Assembly (NCBI GenBank): GCA_043228905.1
Contig: JBHGNT010000002.1
Span: forward strand, 10,788,001-10,852,000
Origin: Azolla caroliniana
Lineage: Eukaryota > Plantae > Polypodiophyta
DNA: 64,000 nt
Direction of reading: 5' to 3'
Shown here: positions 25,543 through 45,000 of the stretch, one piece after another
How positions within the stretch are numbered: the stretch's first letter is position 1
How the letters are laid out: every line of letters starts with the position of its first letter
Notes under the pieces: model-generated
The model's database searches: none
What the model was told of the DNA's origin: nothing
Seen by the model: only the letters and a program-made list of their open reading frames with translations
Position numbers and translations under genes: made by a program

Positions 25543-26652
25543 AGATTTTCATTATTACAAGACATGTTTACAAACTCACAACCATGGATATCTATTGTTC
25601 AATATTTCATTGAGAACAAGGGTTTAACACATTGGAGGATAGGGATTAAGGCTTCATGGTGTCAATTACTGAATGGATGTATTTCACTAACGATTCCTGG
25701 CTCTCCATGTGTTCAACACTTGATTACCTCATGACAAGAATTTTGGAGTTTGTTGAAGCACGACAATTATTACACATCCCGCCTAATTATGGGTTTATTT
25801 GGCAACAACTACAAAATATTGCATTGATGCAAGGTCCCTTACCTCTACAAACAGGAGAACAATCGTGGATTGATTGTTGTTTATGGGGTCAAATGTCGTT
25901 GTTACAAGTGACTACTAATCTTTTGTATCATTGCTCTATTGAGTCCCTTATATGGCTATCATCTAAGGCTGAGGAAGAATGAAAAATACACAAATCTTAT
26001 CATGGGTGGTGGCAGATCTTACAACATAATTGGCATTCTAAATTGTCACTTGTGACAAAGGTCTTCATTTGGAGAGTTTTGATTGGTCCAGGATTATTGC
26101 CTTTGGAATTAGCTCTAAAGTGTCATGGACTAGCAATGAGTAATTGCTTCTTTTGCATTGTTAAAATAGAAGACAGTACTCATCGATTTATACAATGTCT
26201 GATTTCTTGTCAAATTTGGAGTTACATTTCTCAAATTTGGCAAGTTTTATCACGGTGTTATTTGACACCTAGACAGTGGGTGTTTGCACAATTTATACAG
26301 GTTAACCCCAAATCAAATATGGAGATCGTTTTCCTATTTCTAAGATATTGGGGTTTGTGTCATAATTGGGACATGCGCAACACTTTTGTATTCGATGGTA
26401 GACATGTAGAGAAAGCATATCTACAAAAGTTGAAGGGAGTACTAATGTGGCAATTTTCTTTATTGGAGCAAGTGGAAATTCTTTCCTTGGTGGAGTGTTC
26501 ATCTTGCCTATTGGCAATTCAACATGTTCCATTACCCATGTAGTGTAGTTAGTGGGTGACCATACTCCATTGTCACACCCATTGTAAGTAGTGTTTTTCA
26601 CACACACTTACTAATATAATTGTGTGTTTTCACCAAAAAAGAAAGAAAAAAG
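25543..26652 (+). mobile_element. 3' fragment of an L1-type LINE
   Basis: zf-RVT-like KVFIWRVL...CFFC...EDSTHRFIQC...W in ORF 26043-26543; A-rich tail at about 26633-26652. Confidence 0.75.
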
Positions 26653-26713
26653 AGAGATATTAATGTCTTCTAAGACCAAATTTGGCCCATGAGACACAAT
26701 TGGTTACAATAAT

Positions 26714-26716
<3 letters not shown>

Positions 26717-26752
<36 letters not shown>
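26717..26752. repeat. (GA)n microsatellite
   Basis: Seen directly. Confidence 0.95.
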
Positions 26753-26756
<4 letters not shown>

Positions 26757-27374
26757 AAAAGGGCATTGATACATCAAGCTATGCAAAATCTTATTGATAT
26801 TTTAACTAAAATAGATGTTTATGAAATGCAAATTTGGAAACTAAAATACTAAAAGGGATTTGGATGAGAACATTTGAAATTTTGGAAACCACATTATTCC
26901 AAATAGATTCTGATTAGAATGAGAGTATGACTCCATGAACCAAGAGTAAGAATAATATATAAGGCAAATCAAAAGTCTTCATTATATAGATAGAGCTATG
27001 AAGTAAACATAACTTATGTAAGCATTAATCTACGGGCAATGTCCCCAAGTCCTCTCATGTAAGGTTCCTTTGAAGTGACACAACAATATCATATTGGCAA
27101 TTAACTAAGTGTCACAATAGCATCTCTTTATAATGTATCTCTATAGCAATTTTTTGAATAAAGTTCTGCCTTGATCCAAACATACTAATTCATCACTTGC
27201 TCTGGTGTTATGAAATTCTATGAACTAATAAATATATTTACAAATAAGAGAGGATTTTTTTAGGACACTTGTATATCTTCCAATTTTTTAGTATCCCACC
27301 TGCAATCTAATAAATACTTAATCACTTCCTAACTTCACTTTATACTGAGTGAAGCTACTCTAACTCTAGATCTC

Positions 27375-30300
27375 TTTTTTTCTCTCTTTTTTCCAAAAAG
27401 ATTTCCTTCATTAGTATTAAGAAAAAACGTCATAAGTCTACAAACTGCATAATTAGAGAGTGTTATATACAAAAAGGATAATCAGGGGAACGGTCAGGGA
27501 TGATGATATTTCCTGATAGGTCCTTGAGAGGAGACCGTGAATAGAGGCAACTTCCTCCATAATTGCAGTAATTTTTTCCTTTTCTTAACAACAACCTCTG
27601 AAGGGCCCGACATATTGTCATATTGCCCACGCACTACCGCCAATAAGTTGCCCCATAATTCTAGCAATATATATGAGAGAAGGGGAATTATAGAATCATA
27701 TCGTCTTTTACACCGATACTTCCATAAGGTTCATAATGCAACCGTGGATACCGTTTTCCATACATGGGCTGCACGCATTTGCTTTCAAGGTTGCTGAAAA
27801 AGGGAGACAGATATTAGATGCCTGTTGACGACTATCTTAGCCTCTAGAGCATTATCTTCCTCATACAATAAGAGACTGGAATGGAGAACCCCCCATACCG
27901 TTGATCCCCAAGAGAATAGGCAACCTGCATTAATTGTTAGGAATAAAGAAAGAACTTTATTCCATACCTATTGGGCTATTGAACAGGACCAGAGAGCATG
28001 CTTGGTAGTTTCCTACAAGTCACCACAATAACTACATTGTCTAAGAACGGGTGCCATGTTTCATTTCAAAGACTAACCTATTGGTAGTGTTGCATGTAGT
28101 AAAAGCCATCTAAAGAGAGTGTATTTTGTTGGTCCCCTAAAAGACTAAATCCATTTCCAATAAGCCTTCAAGTGATTGCTTGATACACCCCACTTATTCT
28201 AGTGCTTTTGAGCCACAAGAGTTGGAATATTCTTAGACATGAGTAAGGTTCTACCAAATTTCACAGTATACTGAAAGAACGGAACTTTTTGCATTGGATC
28301 CATCATGGGACTAGTCCAAGACCATCCCCCTGGGTTCCACATTAGCCTATTAATTGGTTGTCGTGCATATAACCAAAGCCTATCCGACAAATGGGCTATT
28401 GACAATTGTGGATCCAAGAGCCATTTCTTACCAGTTTTGCCAATCACCCCAATTCGAACAGCAAGTAGGTTTTGTAGCAAATTATCAGAGGGTGTATAAG
28501 GCTACAATTTATTATCCTGTTGAATATGGAAATAAAAAATACACCCGTTTGTAGAAATTCCTTTAACAAAGAGCAACATGTCATTCGTCAGGCAACCAAA
28601 CCACATATGCTCCTGCATTGACTGAAGTCATGATGAGGCTTGAGAGAAGGCTACTGAAATATCCATTATCATTGTCTTCGCCCCATATATCGAGTGTAAC
28701 TGCTTAAGGCGATCCACTTCTGGCATCTGCTAAAAATGAATCCAGGATCCTACTGATGTTGCTGGTCCATTGTCTAATTTTCCCCATGCAAGACGAGGTC
28801 TAAGGCCCAATACATTTCCAATAGAATCCCGAACAAGAGAATTAACCAAAAACGGTTGATTCATCCAACCATCCCATGTGTTAGGCATCTCCTTGCGTAA
28901 AAAAATCTTGATTGCATCCCATGCTCTGACGATCCCTAGTAGAAATCTATTGGATGTTAGATTCTGTCTCGGTGTCTGAATATCTATCAAGAACATCCAT
29001 TTCAAAGACGGCAACCAGTTTACTCCCGTCTTGGGAGATAATTGCATCAGCTGATTAAGCAACATACCCTTCCATGCCTCTATCCCTAGCAACAATCCTC
29101 TGACTACAAACTTTGTCAAGAGAGCTCGAGATTGTATCAAGGGATCTATTAGGGCCTACCCTCCCTGACTTTTTGGCCTAATCAAAACATCCCATGCCAC
29201 CTTGGCCACTACACGAGATCCATTTTTTCCACCCCAAAGGAAGTTACGTATGAGGCTTTGAACTTTCATGATTGCTGACCTAGAGAACAACCAAGCAGAT
29301 GCGATAAACCACATTGAGGCCAATAACACCGAATTTGCAATGACAACCCGACCTGCAAGGGATAATTGTAGCAAGTCCCAATATACCAACTTACACTTTA
29401 TTGATAATAGCAATAGCGACAAGACAGCCTAAATAACGAATTGGCTCCCCATGATTTAACCAACGGAATGCAGGGCCTGGATACCATTCTGGACGCGGTT
29501 CATCACTGGACCAAAGGCCTACAGATTTATTCCAATTGAGAGAGGCTCCAGTAGCATCTGAAAATATCTGTAAAGCATTCTGTACCCGATCAAGATTAAC
29601 ATCTCCGCGAATATATAGAGCAGTGTCATCCGCAAACTCAGCATCGAGAACTGTCGAGTTTGCAATAGGTAAAGCTATTGCTTGGATGGCCGTCATTGAG
29701 GATCTAAGAAAAGATGATAAAGCTTCCCCAAATAAAATAAAAAGAAATGGTGGTAACGGACAACCTTGTCGAACAGATCTGGAAATTGGAAATAATGTAC
29801 CATTGCCTCTAGAAAATAGAACTGAGCTAGACACATGTCTATATAATGCAAACACACCTTTTATCCATGCACTTGGAAACCCTAATCTAAATAGAACTGC
29901 CTCTAGAAAGTCCCAATCTACTTTATCATATGCTTTCTCAAAATCTAATAATAGTATTGCAAGTGAATGTTTGTGATGCTCAGCCAATGCAATCATCTCC
30001 CAAAAAAGGAAGATATTGTCAAAGATGCTTCTATCTTGAAGGAATCCTAATTGTGTATCATGTATAATCGAGGGAAGCAATGATCGCATTCTATTAGCTA
30101 TAGTTTTTGCTACTATTTTATAGATGTCGTTAAGCAAAGTTATTGGATGCCATTTTGATATTTCATTACATTGAGCATCTGATTTCGGAATCATGTATAT
30201 GATTCCTTCCGTCCATTCATCGGGCATATTCCCTGTTGAGAAAATTAAATTAACTGCTCTAGTAAGAATAGGCCCCAACAAGTCCCAATAGTGCAAATAG

Positions 30301-30600
30301 AATACCACGCCTATGGCATCCTTTCCAGGACACACATATTTACCTAGGGATTTAGCTGTTGTCTAGACTTCAGTGTCTGTAAATGGTTGAAGCAACTAGG
30401 AAACCATTACATGAGTGACCTTCTGTTGTACTGTTTCTAGTACAAGTTGTCTCTTATTAAGATCTTCCTCTAAGAAGGATTTAGCATATAACAACTGATG
30501 GTAATATGTCGTAGCTATGTCTCACATCTCCGAATCATCCGTTGTGTAATAGCCATCAAGTCGTTTTAGGGTTTTAATAGATAGCGTTTTATACTTCTGT
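27375..30600 (-). mobile_element. 5'-truncated degenerate L1-type LINE (ORF2 RT and zf-RVT region)
   Basis: WHPITLLN, LLDFEKAYDKVDW, SVRQGCPL, FADD, IRYLG and LSLAGRVVI motifs (28730-30335); T-rich run at about 27375-27392 as the poly(A) tail. Confidence 0.88.
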
Positions 30601-32382
30601 TTAAATCAACTAGGTATAAGAATAGGTTGACAATCTCTTTGTCAATTCCTTTTCAGTGGCTTTTGGACATTGTCATTTCAAATCTTCTAGGATGATAATA
30701 ACTTTATTACTTTCTTCAAGGCCACTCGAGACTAGAATAAAAACAGCTTCTTCGAAATCTCTATATGATAAAAAAATTTGTGTATATGCTCCCTAGAAAT
30801 ATAAATAAAATGCATCAAATAATCTAACTATGTTATTCCAATCCAATCTCCTTCAAGAAAATCAAACAAATAGGAATTTAATGACATCTCTTATTGGTAT
30901 TTCACAAAAGTAACAATGTTAACCAACTCTACAATTTGGGCAAAATCAAAGAAGTGAAGATAAACATCTCTTCAAATTTAGATCTATGTGATTGCACATG
31001 TTGGACATTACCTCTTCTCTTTGGAACAAAGGGCAAACCTTGAGCTGCTTCATGTGTCCTTTGGATTGTTGCACAAACTCATCTTCTCTTTCTCCTTCAT
31101 TGTAGAAAAAGCTTAAATGCCAACTCAATTATTGATGTTATCTACCTTGCATCCTCTTTGTTAAAACTATTGTATAGTGTTAACAAAGATGTCAAATGAT
31201 GTCATTAAGAAGAAAACATTTTAGGAATGACAAGGAAAGCCACCACAAACTTGAGTAGCTTGAGGTGTTATTGAAATTATCTTTGGATAAATTTCTAAGC
31301 GGGGGAAGGTTTTGAGAAAGTTCGTATCATAGCACGTCCTGTTTCATTCTATTTTTTAATGAAGGAAATTCTCATCTTTTTCTTCCCTTGTCCAATTAGA
31401 AGAAAATATTTGAATTTCTCCCCATCAAAATCTTTATGTTGATTGGTTGTATCCCACTCTCTTCTTAACACGAAAAGGCCCCATAAAAGAGTCCTACTTT
31501 CACCCAATAACGTAAGTATTTCCTACCCAAATTAAGAACATACATTTCAAACCTCTTCAGTTAACAAAAGCATGAGATTTCTTAGCACGAAACTATGCGC
31601 TTTAAGAACCTTAGCATGAAGAGTCACATTCTACCAGCCAATTGATAAAAGCCTCTTCATAAGTCATAGTACACAGTATATACTCAACTTTTTCTTCTCA
31701 CTGGCTGGATTTCATAATTTACGCACCATCTTTTCACATCCACTAGTATATGCATTCTCAAACGGTCCATGAATGAGTCTGAACATATGGAATGAAGCAT
31801 GGGAGCTATTGAGCAGACTGCGGCATGTGACTATGGTGCAACAAGATATGCACTCAACATCCACAATAAAGGTCATGAAGCTTCTACAATTAGGTATAAG
31901 CTCCTTGGTCAAGTCCATCACAACTTGAAATGAAACCCCACATACTTAGAATCATAACACAGGCTGATATGCCATGTTCACATTTGACGGTGGCTCTTTA
32001 ATTACCGTAAACAACTTCACATAACTTGTTAAATTTATCGAAGGACCAATAAGGAAATGTACAATCATGTTCCTTGACACTTTGATTAAGTTGTCTCTTC
32101 AATTTACATTGATTCCAAACCATCATTGGTGTTTCTTTCAGTGCTGATACATAACCTTCCACATTAGACAACCGAGTTGGTGGTTTATAATCAAGTTGAT
32201 GTCGAACTCTACAAGAGCAATAGCTTTCTTCATCAAGGTGATCAGCATAAAAGCAAAAGAGATCTGTGCTATCACAATGCAAAATATCTCTCCTCAATTT
32301 CCTTGATCATAACATATATGATTTTGGTGATTTATGGACATCACTTTGGTGATTTATGAACATCAATCAATTCTGTCATGGT

Positions 32383-37085
<4,703 letters not shown>

Positions 37086-37427
37086 AGTGAGAGAGAGAGA
37101 GCACAAAACCCTCGTGGCACACGACACTCGCGGCTCTACATATTATTATTATCTCTTCCTTTCCTTCCTTCCTTCCTTCCTTGTCTTGCCCCCCGATCCT
37201 CGTTGATTTGGAGGGAGACTCGGGTCCAGAGCAGAGGTAGGTATTGCACAGAGAGATAAAGAGAGAAGGGTTCATTCGGTTCTCCTTTCCATCGTATACT
37301 ATATGTACATACATACATACAATACATACATACAATACAATACAATACAATACATATGTATGCCTTCCCTAACCCCCCCCCCCATGCATGTATGTATGTA
37401 TTTACAAACCTTTGCCTAGCCCTTTTT

Positions 37428-37473
<46 letters not shown>

Positions 37474-37559
37474 ATGGTAATTAGCTTACCTTAGTGGTAA
37501 GTTGTTAACACTACAAGCACTATATACTTTATACATATCTCTTAATTCACTAGATGCCA

Positions 37560-37636
37560 CTGTGGAATGTAGGGGTTGAACCCATGACCACCTGGTCTCC
37601 ATCAGGCAACCTTACCAACTTCAGCTACATCCACCC
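37560..37636 (-). other. tRNA-derived sequence (SINE head or tRNA pseudogene)
   Basis: Minus strand GGGTGGATGTAGCTGAAGTTGGTAAGG...CATGGGTTCAACCCCTAC has A-box- and B-box-like motifs at tRNA spacing; no clean cloverleaf. Confidence 0.55.
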
Positions 37637-39030
37637 GGGCTTCTCTCTCTCTCTCCCTTTGCCTTCCCTTCCCCCTTTCCATCCTATGCATGTATGTATG
37701 TATGTACTTACAAACCTTTGCATGTCCCTTTTTCCTTCTCTCTCTCTCTCTCTCTCTCTCTTTTGGTAAAAAAGCACACAATTGTACTAATTGTATGTAA
37801 AATCCACTTAGTTACAACACTTCTTAGTCTCCTCTACCTATCATATGCCTATATAGGGAGAGGGACATCATGTAATGTCATTAAAAAACCTGAATATGCA
37901 TTTGAGGAAATGATCCCCACATGCTCTAACATCTAAAAAATCCACATGAGAATACCTTTCAGCTTCTCTCTCTCTCTCTCGTGAAAACACACAATTATAT
38001 TAATAAATGTGTGTGAAAAACACAACTTACAATGAGTGTCACAATGGAGTATCATTAGAGCTTAATCTTAATTTAAGCATATGACAAGGAAATAATAGAT
38101 AGATAAGAAAGGAGAGAGAAAGAAGGGCATTGATCCACCCAACCACCCCCGAACAAACGGATGGAGATGGACTCGAGCCTTGATCGGTGTCCCATACCAC
38201 CGCCTTGGGAAGGTCAAACACGAAGGCCTACAAAGCCTATCATATAGAATGCTACACTAGACCTCTCCTTTAAGGAACTCAAGGACCTGGTCCTTCGCTT
38301 TTTTTAACAGATCAGTCAAAACTTTTTTAGGTTGAAACTGACGTAAGTGATTATGTTATAGATGCCATTTTATATAAATATGGTAAACCAATAGCATTTG
38401 AGAGTAAGAAACTTGATCCTACTCAATGTTGGTATACCATTCAAGAAAAAGAATTATTCGCAGTTATCCATGCACTAAAGTCATGGCACCATTATCTTTA
38501 TGGAAATCGTTTTGTGGTAACTACAGACCACGAGTCCTTGACATATTTTTGTGACCAATAAGACCTTAAGGGTCCTAAAGCACGATGGGCGGATCTCACC
38601 CAAGCCTTTGATTTTTTCATACGATATCGTAAATGTTTCATGAACACTATCGTTGATGCACTAAATTGCATCTATGAAGTTAACATGTTTAGCTTCACTG
38701 AAATAACATCAGAGATCTTTATGATCACCTTCGAGGAAAGTATCCTGATGATAATTATTTTGGAAAATACTTGGCAGGAACAAACATCACCACACCCTCG
38801 AAGGAATCCTTCAACATTGCTAATGGTCTACTCTACAATAATGGGAAGGTTTGTATTCCAGATTTGCCGAAGATAAAAAAGAGAATTCTTTTTTAATGTC
38901 ATGATGCACCCTCAACAAGGCACCCTAGAATACATCGCACACTCATTCTCATCTCCACTCAATTCTATTGGCCTAAGATGTGTCCTGACATACATAACTA
39001 TGTGACTAAATGTCACTAATGTGAAGTTAA

Positions 39031-42000
39031 TGTTGAGATACAAGCTCAACATTGGGTGCGTAAACCGGTCCGTAAACCAGTGTGTAGGCTGGGTGCGTAA
39101 ACCGGGTGCGCAACGAGAGGCTGTTGTCGTAGTGTAAATCACACACTATGAGAAAATTGTATTTTTGGTCCCTCCAGGTGGGACATGGAGACCCGGCAAG
39201 AACCGGATGAAGAGTACCCAGTGAGAACCGAATAAAGAAGACCCGGTGAGAACCGGATGAAGAGACATATTTGCAAATAGGAGAGAATATTAAAAATATT
39301 GTTACATGCATAGGGCAAAATTCAAACCTTGTACCTCTATGTTAATAATGTGAAGCCTTACCATTACACTAACATATTATTAGTGTCAAAAAGTATATGT
39401 CCCACATAGAAAGGTAAGTTCACGCTAGGATAAACTTTAGGAAAACGCATGATAAAAGAAAAAGCTACACATGCACATCTAGCGTGCATGAACACGATAG
39501 TCAATAAAAAAACGCATGACTTTAGAAAAAGCATGATCACTTTTAGAAGAAGCATGTTAGAGAAAGCATATAGTCTATAGTTAAAGAAAAAGCATGGATC
39601 GCTAAGACTCTCTCATCACTATATAAGGATGGGGAGCACAATGTAATAAGGGGGAAAAGAAATAAACAAATAAATTATGGAGTCGGTAGAACCTCAAGTT
39701 GAGCTTGAGGGGGAGTGTTGAGATACAAGCTCAACATTGGGTGCGTAAACCGGTCCGTAAACCAGTGCATAGGTTGGGTGCGTAAACCGGGTGTGCAACG
39801 AGAGGCTGTAGCGGTGCGTAAACCAGGAGCCGTTGGAAAGATATTCCGCGGAGGAATATATTTTGGGAGTTGGTGTAGGGGCTCATTGATAAGCATTGAA
39901 GTACATGTCAATACTTCTGTCAGTCCGTATGGACTTGTATAAAAGTGCCCTCTGAGCACATCCTATGTATAGAGTGTTATTTTCTTGGAATAGAACTGTT
40001 GTCTGCTCTCTCTCAGTCTCTCCCTCTTCTTCTTCTTCTTCTTCTTCTTCTCTCTGTGTTTTCTGTGTTTCACCGAACTGTCATATTTCCGAACTGTGTA
40101 CTCTGTGTCTTTTACACACACGCTTCCGCATGTATTCCTTTTCATGGTGTCAGAGCACGAGGGTTGAGACTGCTCTACAGCGGACAGAAAAGCAAGCGAT
40201 AAAGGCAGAGTCAAGTTTTTTCGATTTTGGAAAAGATACGACAACAATATAGATAGAGGAATGGGAAGCTCGCTACTAACTGAGAAGCTCGACAAGAGCA
40301 ACTACGCATCTTGGTCATACAAGATGCACCAGTACCTACTCGGTCATGGTTACTAGAGTTATGTCAATGGAGCTAATGGCACAGCACCCGAATCGACACA
40401 CAGAGATTTCCTGACCTAGGAACAGGCGGCAAGCAGAGTTCTCTACTACTTCACATCCTGTGTGAGCGATCAGCTTCTGAGCTACATTCAAGATGCGAAG
40501 ACGCCAAAGGATGCTTGGGGAAATCTGAAAAAGATTTTTGTCGTGAGCACCATAGCTAGAAAGCTCCAACTTAGGCAAGAGTTGAGCAATGTTTGACAAC
40601 GAGATATGTTGGTGACTAACTACACCTCCAAGATCAAGGACATATGCGACTCTCTCGCCTTCGTCGATGTAAACGTCGAGGAGGACGAAATGGTGCAGGT
40701 CTACCTCAGAGGGTTAGCGTCGAAGTTCGGAGCTTTCCGAACTGCAGTCTGTACGAGGGAGAATACGTTGTCGTTTTTCGACTTACAATCGATGCTCCTA
40801 GTAGAGGAGAACCATGTGAGTGCATCAACGAGTACGCACGCCGACAACAAGATGTTGTACACGGAGGAATATAGGCCCCATGGTCGTGGCGGACAAGGCG
40901 AGTCGGCGCACAATGGAAGCGGCCGATAGGAGCAAAATGGAAGGCATGGTCATAATGCGAACAGTAGTTCCGGACCCTCCGGAAGCAGGGGGAGTTGAGG
41001 CGGCGCCGGAAACCGGCAAGGGAACCGTTGCGGAACGTTGGTATTGTGGCAAGAAAGGCCATAGGGAGAGTGAACGTTGGAAGAAATGTGTCGATTCGGA
41101 GAAAACCGCATCCGGATCCGGGCGAACCGAACAAGGAAATTGGCAGTGATCGCACTACGCCAAGGGCTCCGAATGAGCCGAAAATGGATCGGGCCCAGCC
41201 TTCGTAATGAAGCACAGGGCCAATTCGATGGTGGTGAACACCGTGAAACTGAATGAGGTGTGGAATGTTGACTCTGGAGTGTCAAATTATATGACGAGTC
41301 ACGAGGAATGGTTCTCGTACTTAGAGAAACCGGAAAAACAAGGAGTGGTCGAAACTAGAGACAACACTCCGCATACCATCAAACATGTCGAAGAAGTTCC
41401 CCTTAGCCACGTCGGGCAAAAAGGGAAACTCATGAATGTGCTACACGTCCCGACAATAACCAAGAACCTAGTGTCGATCGGACAGATCGTCAACTAGGGG
41501 ATGCAAGTTCGATTCACGCATCTTGGTTGCTACATTAAAGAGGAAGGCAAGATAATAGTGCAAGGACGCCGTGAAGGGAGGATGTTTATCCTCCAGACCA
41601 ACGACGTAGGCACCGCTATGTTCGCGAAAGGGCAAAAGGTCGAATCGGATATCGACCTATGGCACAAGCGGTTCGGCCACGTAAATTTCCCGAAGCTTCG
41701 AGAAATGTAGACAAAAAACATCGTTTTCGGCTTGCCAAAATTCCGTGGCTGAAAGGGCCAAGTCTACGAAGCCTGCCAGTTGGGAAAGCATCACCGACTT
41801 CCATTCCCCAATGAGCGTAACCAGAGTCAAAATCCGCTCGATGTGATCCATTCGGATGTATGGGGACCGACACAGAACGTGAGTCTTGGTGGAAGCCGAT
41901 ATTTCGTGACTTTCATCGATGACTTCTCTCGGCACACTTGGGCGTGCTTGATCGCGAAAAAGAGCAAATTCTTCTCGTGTTTCCTGAAGGTAAAGAGCCT

Positions 42001-45000
42001 TGTGGAAAGGGAAATCGGATGAAAGATCAAGTGCCTAAGGTTCAATGGTGGGAAGGAGTACTTCTCCGACCAATTCTCGAATTATCTGCAGGACGAAGGA
42101 ATTCGGCACAAATTCTCCTGCAGATACACGTCATAGTAGAACGGCGTGGCCGAGTGGAAAAATCGGACGATTGAAGAGGCGACCAGGGCAATGCTCAAAG
42201 AGAAGCATATGCCAAAATTTTATTGGGCTGACGCCGTAAGGACAATTGTTTATTTGTAGAATCAGACTTTTGCTAATGGAGGAGTGTTGCCCCATGAATT
42301 GTACTTCAAGAAGAAGCCAAACTTGGCACACTTGAGGGTTTTTGGTAGCATCGTGTATGTGGATGTGCTGAAGGAGAAACAGAGGAAGTTGGACGCCAAA
42401 GCCGAGAAGTGTATCTTGGTTGGCTACTCAGATGAACAAAAGGGTTATAAGTGTTATAACCCCCAAACCAAACAAGCTCGCATAAGTCGTGATGTTATGT
42501 TCGACGAGTCCGCGTTGTGGTATTTACCTTCACCCCCAACCATTGACGACTCCATTCTAATAACTGACAAAGAGGTCAGCAAGGCTGAAACGCCTCAGGA
42601 TGAAGGAGATATCGGAGCTCTTGAAGAGGGACTGATCTCATTCAGACAAAGTGTGTCACAGACACACCAACACTAGACTACAACAAAGCAGAGATGACAA
42701 GGCTATGACCGATAAGGTTACGAACGTGGAACTCAACATGATGAGACTAGAAACTCAGGAAGTTGGGAGGGATGAGATGAGGAACTTAAGACACTTGGAA
42801 CAAATACAAGAGCATAAAGACAAAGATGTAAATCTAGGAGAGAAGATGGGGCTAAACAAGAATACTAGATTGATGTGTCAATGACTGGTGTTGAATCCCT
42901 TGAAAGGGACCAAGGAGGTTACAAGTATTTATACTGTGAGTCAAAGTACATGCATTAGAATCTTTTGGAGAATATTCAAGAGAATATTCTAGAACCCTCT
43001 AGAACCTTCTAGTTCTAGGACTTTCTAAAAACTCCGAGAACTTGAAATAGATAATCTACTAATAATCTACTAAGATATACATAACATGACCATATATTTG
43101 GATGTGTTGGTTAGAACACAACACTTGACTATATATGTAAAGAGGTCAAGAGTTCGAATCTTGACATGCCTGTTGTCATCTTCTCTCCTTGATTTACATC
43201 TTTGTCTTTATGCTCTTGTATTTGTTCCTAGTGTCTTAAGTTCATCATGTCATCGCTCCCAACTTCCTGAGTTTCTAGCGTCATCATGTCAAGTTCCACG
43301 TTCGTAACCTTATCGGTCGTAGCCTTGTCATCTGTGCTTTGCCATAGTCTAGCATTGGTGTGTCCGTGACAGTTTGAATCCCTTGAAAGGGACCAAGGAG
43401 GTTACAAGTATTTATATTGTGAGTCGAAGTACATGGATTAGAATCTTTTGGAGAATATTCAAGAGAATATTCTAGAACCCTCTAGAACCTTCTAGTTCTA
43501 GGACTTTCTAAAAACTCCGAGAACTTGAAATAGATAATCTACTAATAATCTACTAAGATATACATAACATGACCATATATTTGGATGTGTTGGTTAGAAC
43601 ACAACACTTGACTATATATGTCAAGAGGTCAAGAGTTCAAATCTTGACATGCCTGTTCTCATGTCTATGACAAGGTGGGCTAAATGTAGTGGTGACTTGA
43701 CTGTGCATTCCTAGTGCAAGAAGCCGGGGAGACGGCTTATGCGCGAAGAGAAGGGAAAGAAGAAGATGTCGGAGTACGACACTAATAAGGACAAGTCGGA
43801 TCGAAGTGAATCCAACTCCGAGAAGAACGAAGACGGACCTTCGAAAACGAAGTTCGCATCAGCCAAGAGGGCCTCAAAATCGGCTAATAAGCAGTTATGC
43901 CGATCTACCCGCCAGAAGAACCCCGTGGTGCGCATCATTACGCGTACATGATGAGAGTAATGGAAGTGCGTGAGCTAGAGAGCTACGTAGAAGCGGCGAA
44001 GGACGCGAATTGGCGTGCCGCAATGAAGGAAGAGATGCGTGTGTTATCAAACAATGAGACTTGGGACCTGGTTGACGCACCGTAAGGTGTGAAGCCGATC
44101 GTATGTAGGTGGGTGTACAAGGTGAAGTACAACACCGACGGCTCAGTCAACCGATACAAGGCCTGGTTAGTGGCAAAAGGCTACACGCAAAAGCACGGCG
44201 TCGATTACGACGAGACCTTCGCGCATGTTGTGAAGATGACCACTGCTTGTGTTTTGCTGGCCGTAGCAGTGGAGAAGGGGTGGCACTTACATTAGGTGGA
44301 TGTAAAGAATGTGTTCCTGCAAGGTGATCTTGAGGAATAGGTGTACATGGTACAACCCCTCGGATTTCTATCCGACCGGAACACCTCGGCAATTTGTCAA
44401 CTAAAGAAGTCCCTCTACGGACTAAGGCAAGCCCCATGCGCATGGAACACGAAGATCACACAATGTCTGCATCGTATGGGGTTTACGATGTCCAAATCAG
44501 ACTCTTCATTGTTCGTTCGGCAAGGTCAACATGGACCGGTTAGTCTTTTACTTTATGTTGATGATCTAGTCATCGTTGGTGCTGACCTAGATGAAATCGG
44601 CCACGTAAAGTCTCAACTTGCGGCATCATTCGACATGAAGGATCTAGGGGACCTTCATTACTTCCTAGGGATCGAAGTGATCTGCACCCCCAAAGACATA
44701 CTGATCAGCCAACGTCACTACGTGCTGAATATGCTCTTCAAGTTCGGGATGGTAGATTGTAAGCCCATCTTGACCCATCTAGACAGAAACGCAAAGCTTC
44801 ACAGAGATTCGGGAAAGGCGTGCGATCCGACACGGTTCCGATAGATCGTCCGAAGCCTAATCTATTTAACGATCACTCGACCGGATCTTAGTTACCCGGT
44901 CGGCTTGATAAGTCAATTTATGTTGCAGCCCACGTCCGAACATTTTCAGTGCGCGTAGAGAATATTACGATATGTCAATGACACTAAGGACATGGCGTTG

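Noticed and set aside
30600-32380. Additional gene downstream of the host gene
   Set aside because: AT-rich, only short motif-free ORFs; probably 3' UTR and intergenic DNA.
43095-43170. Functional tRNA gene (also 37560-37636 and 39310-39372)
   Set aside because: Only A/B-box-like motifs; I could not fold acceptor and anticodon stems.
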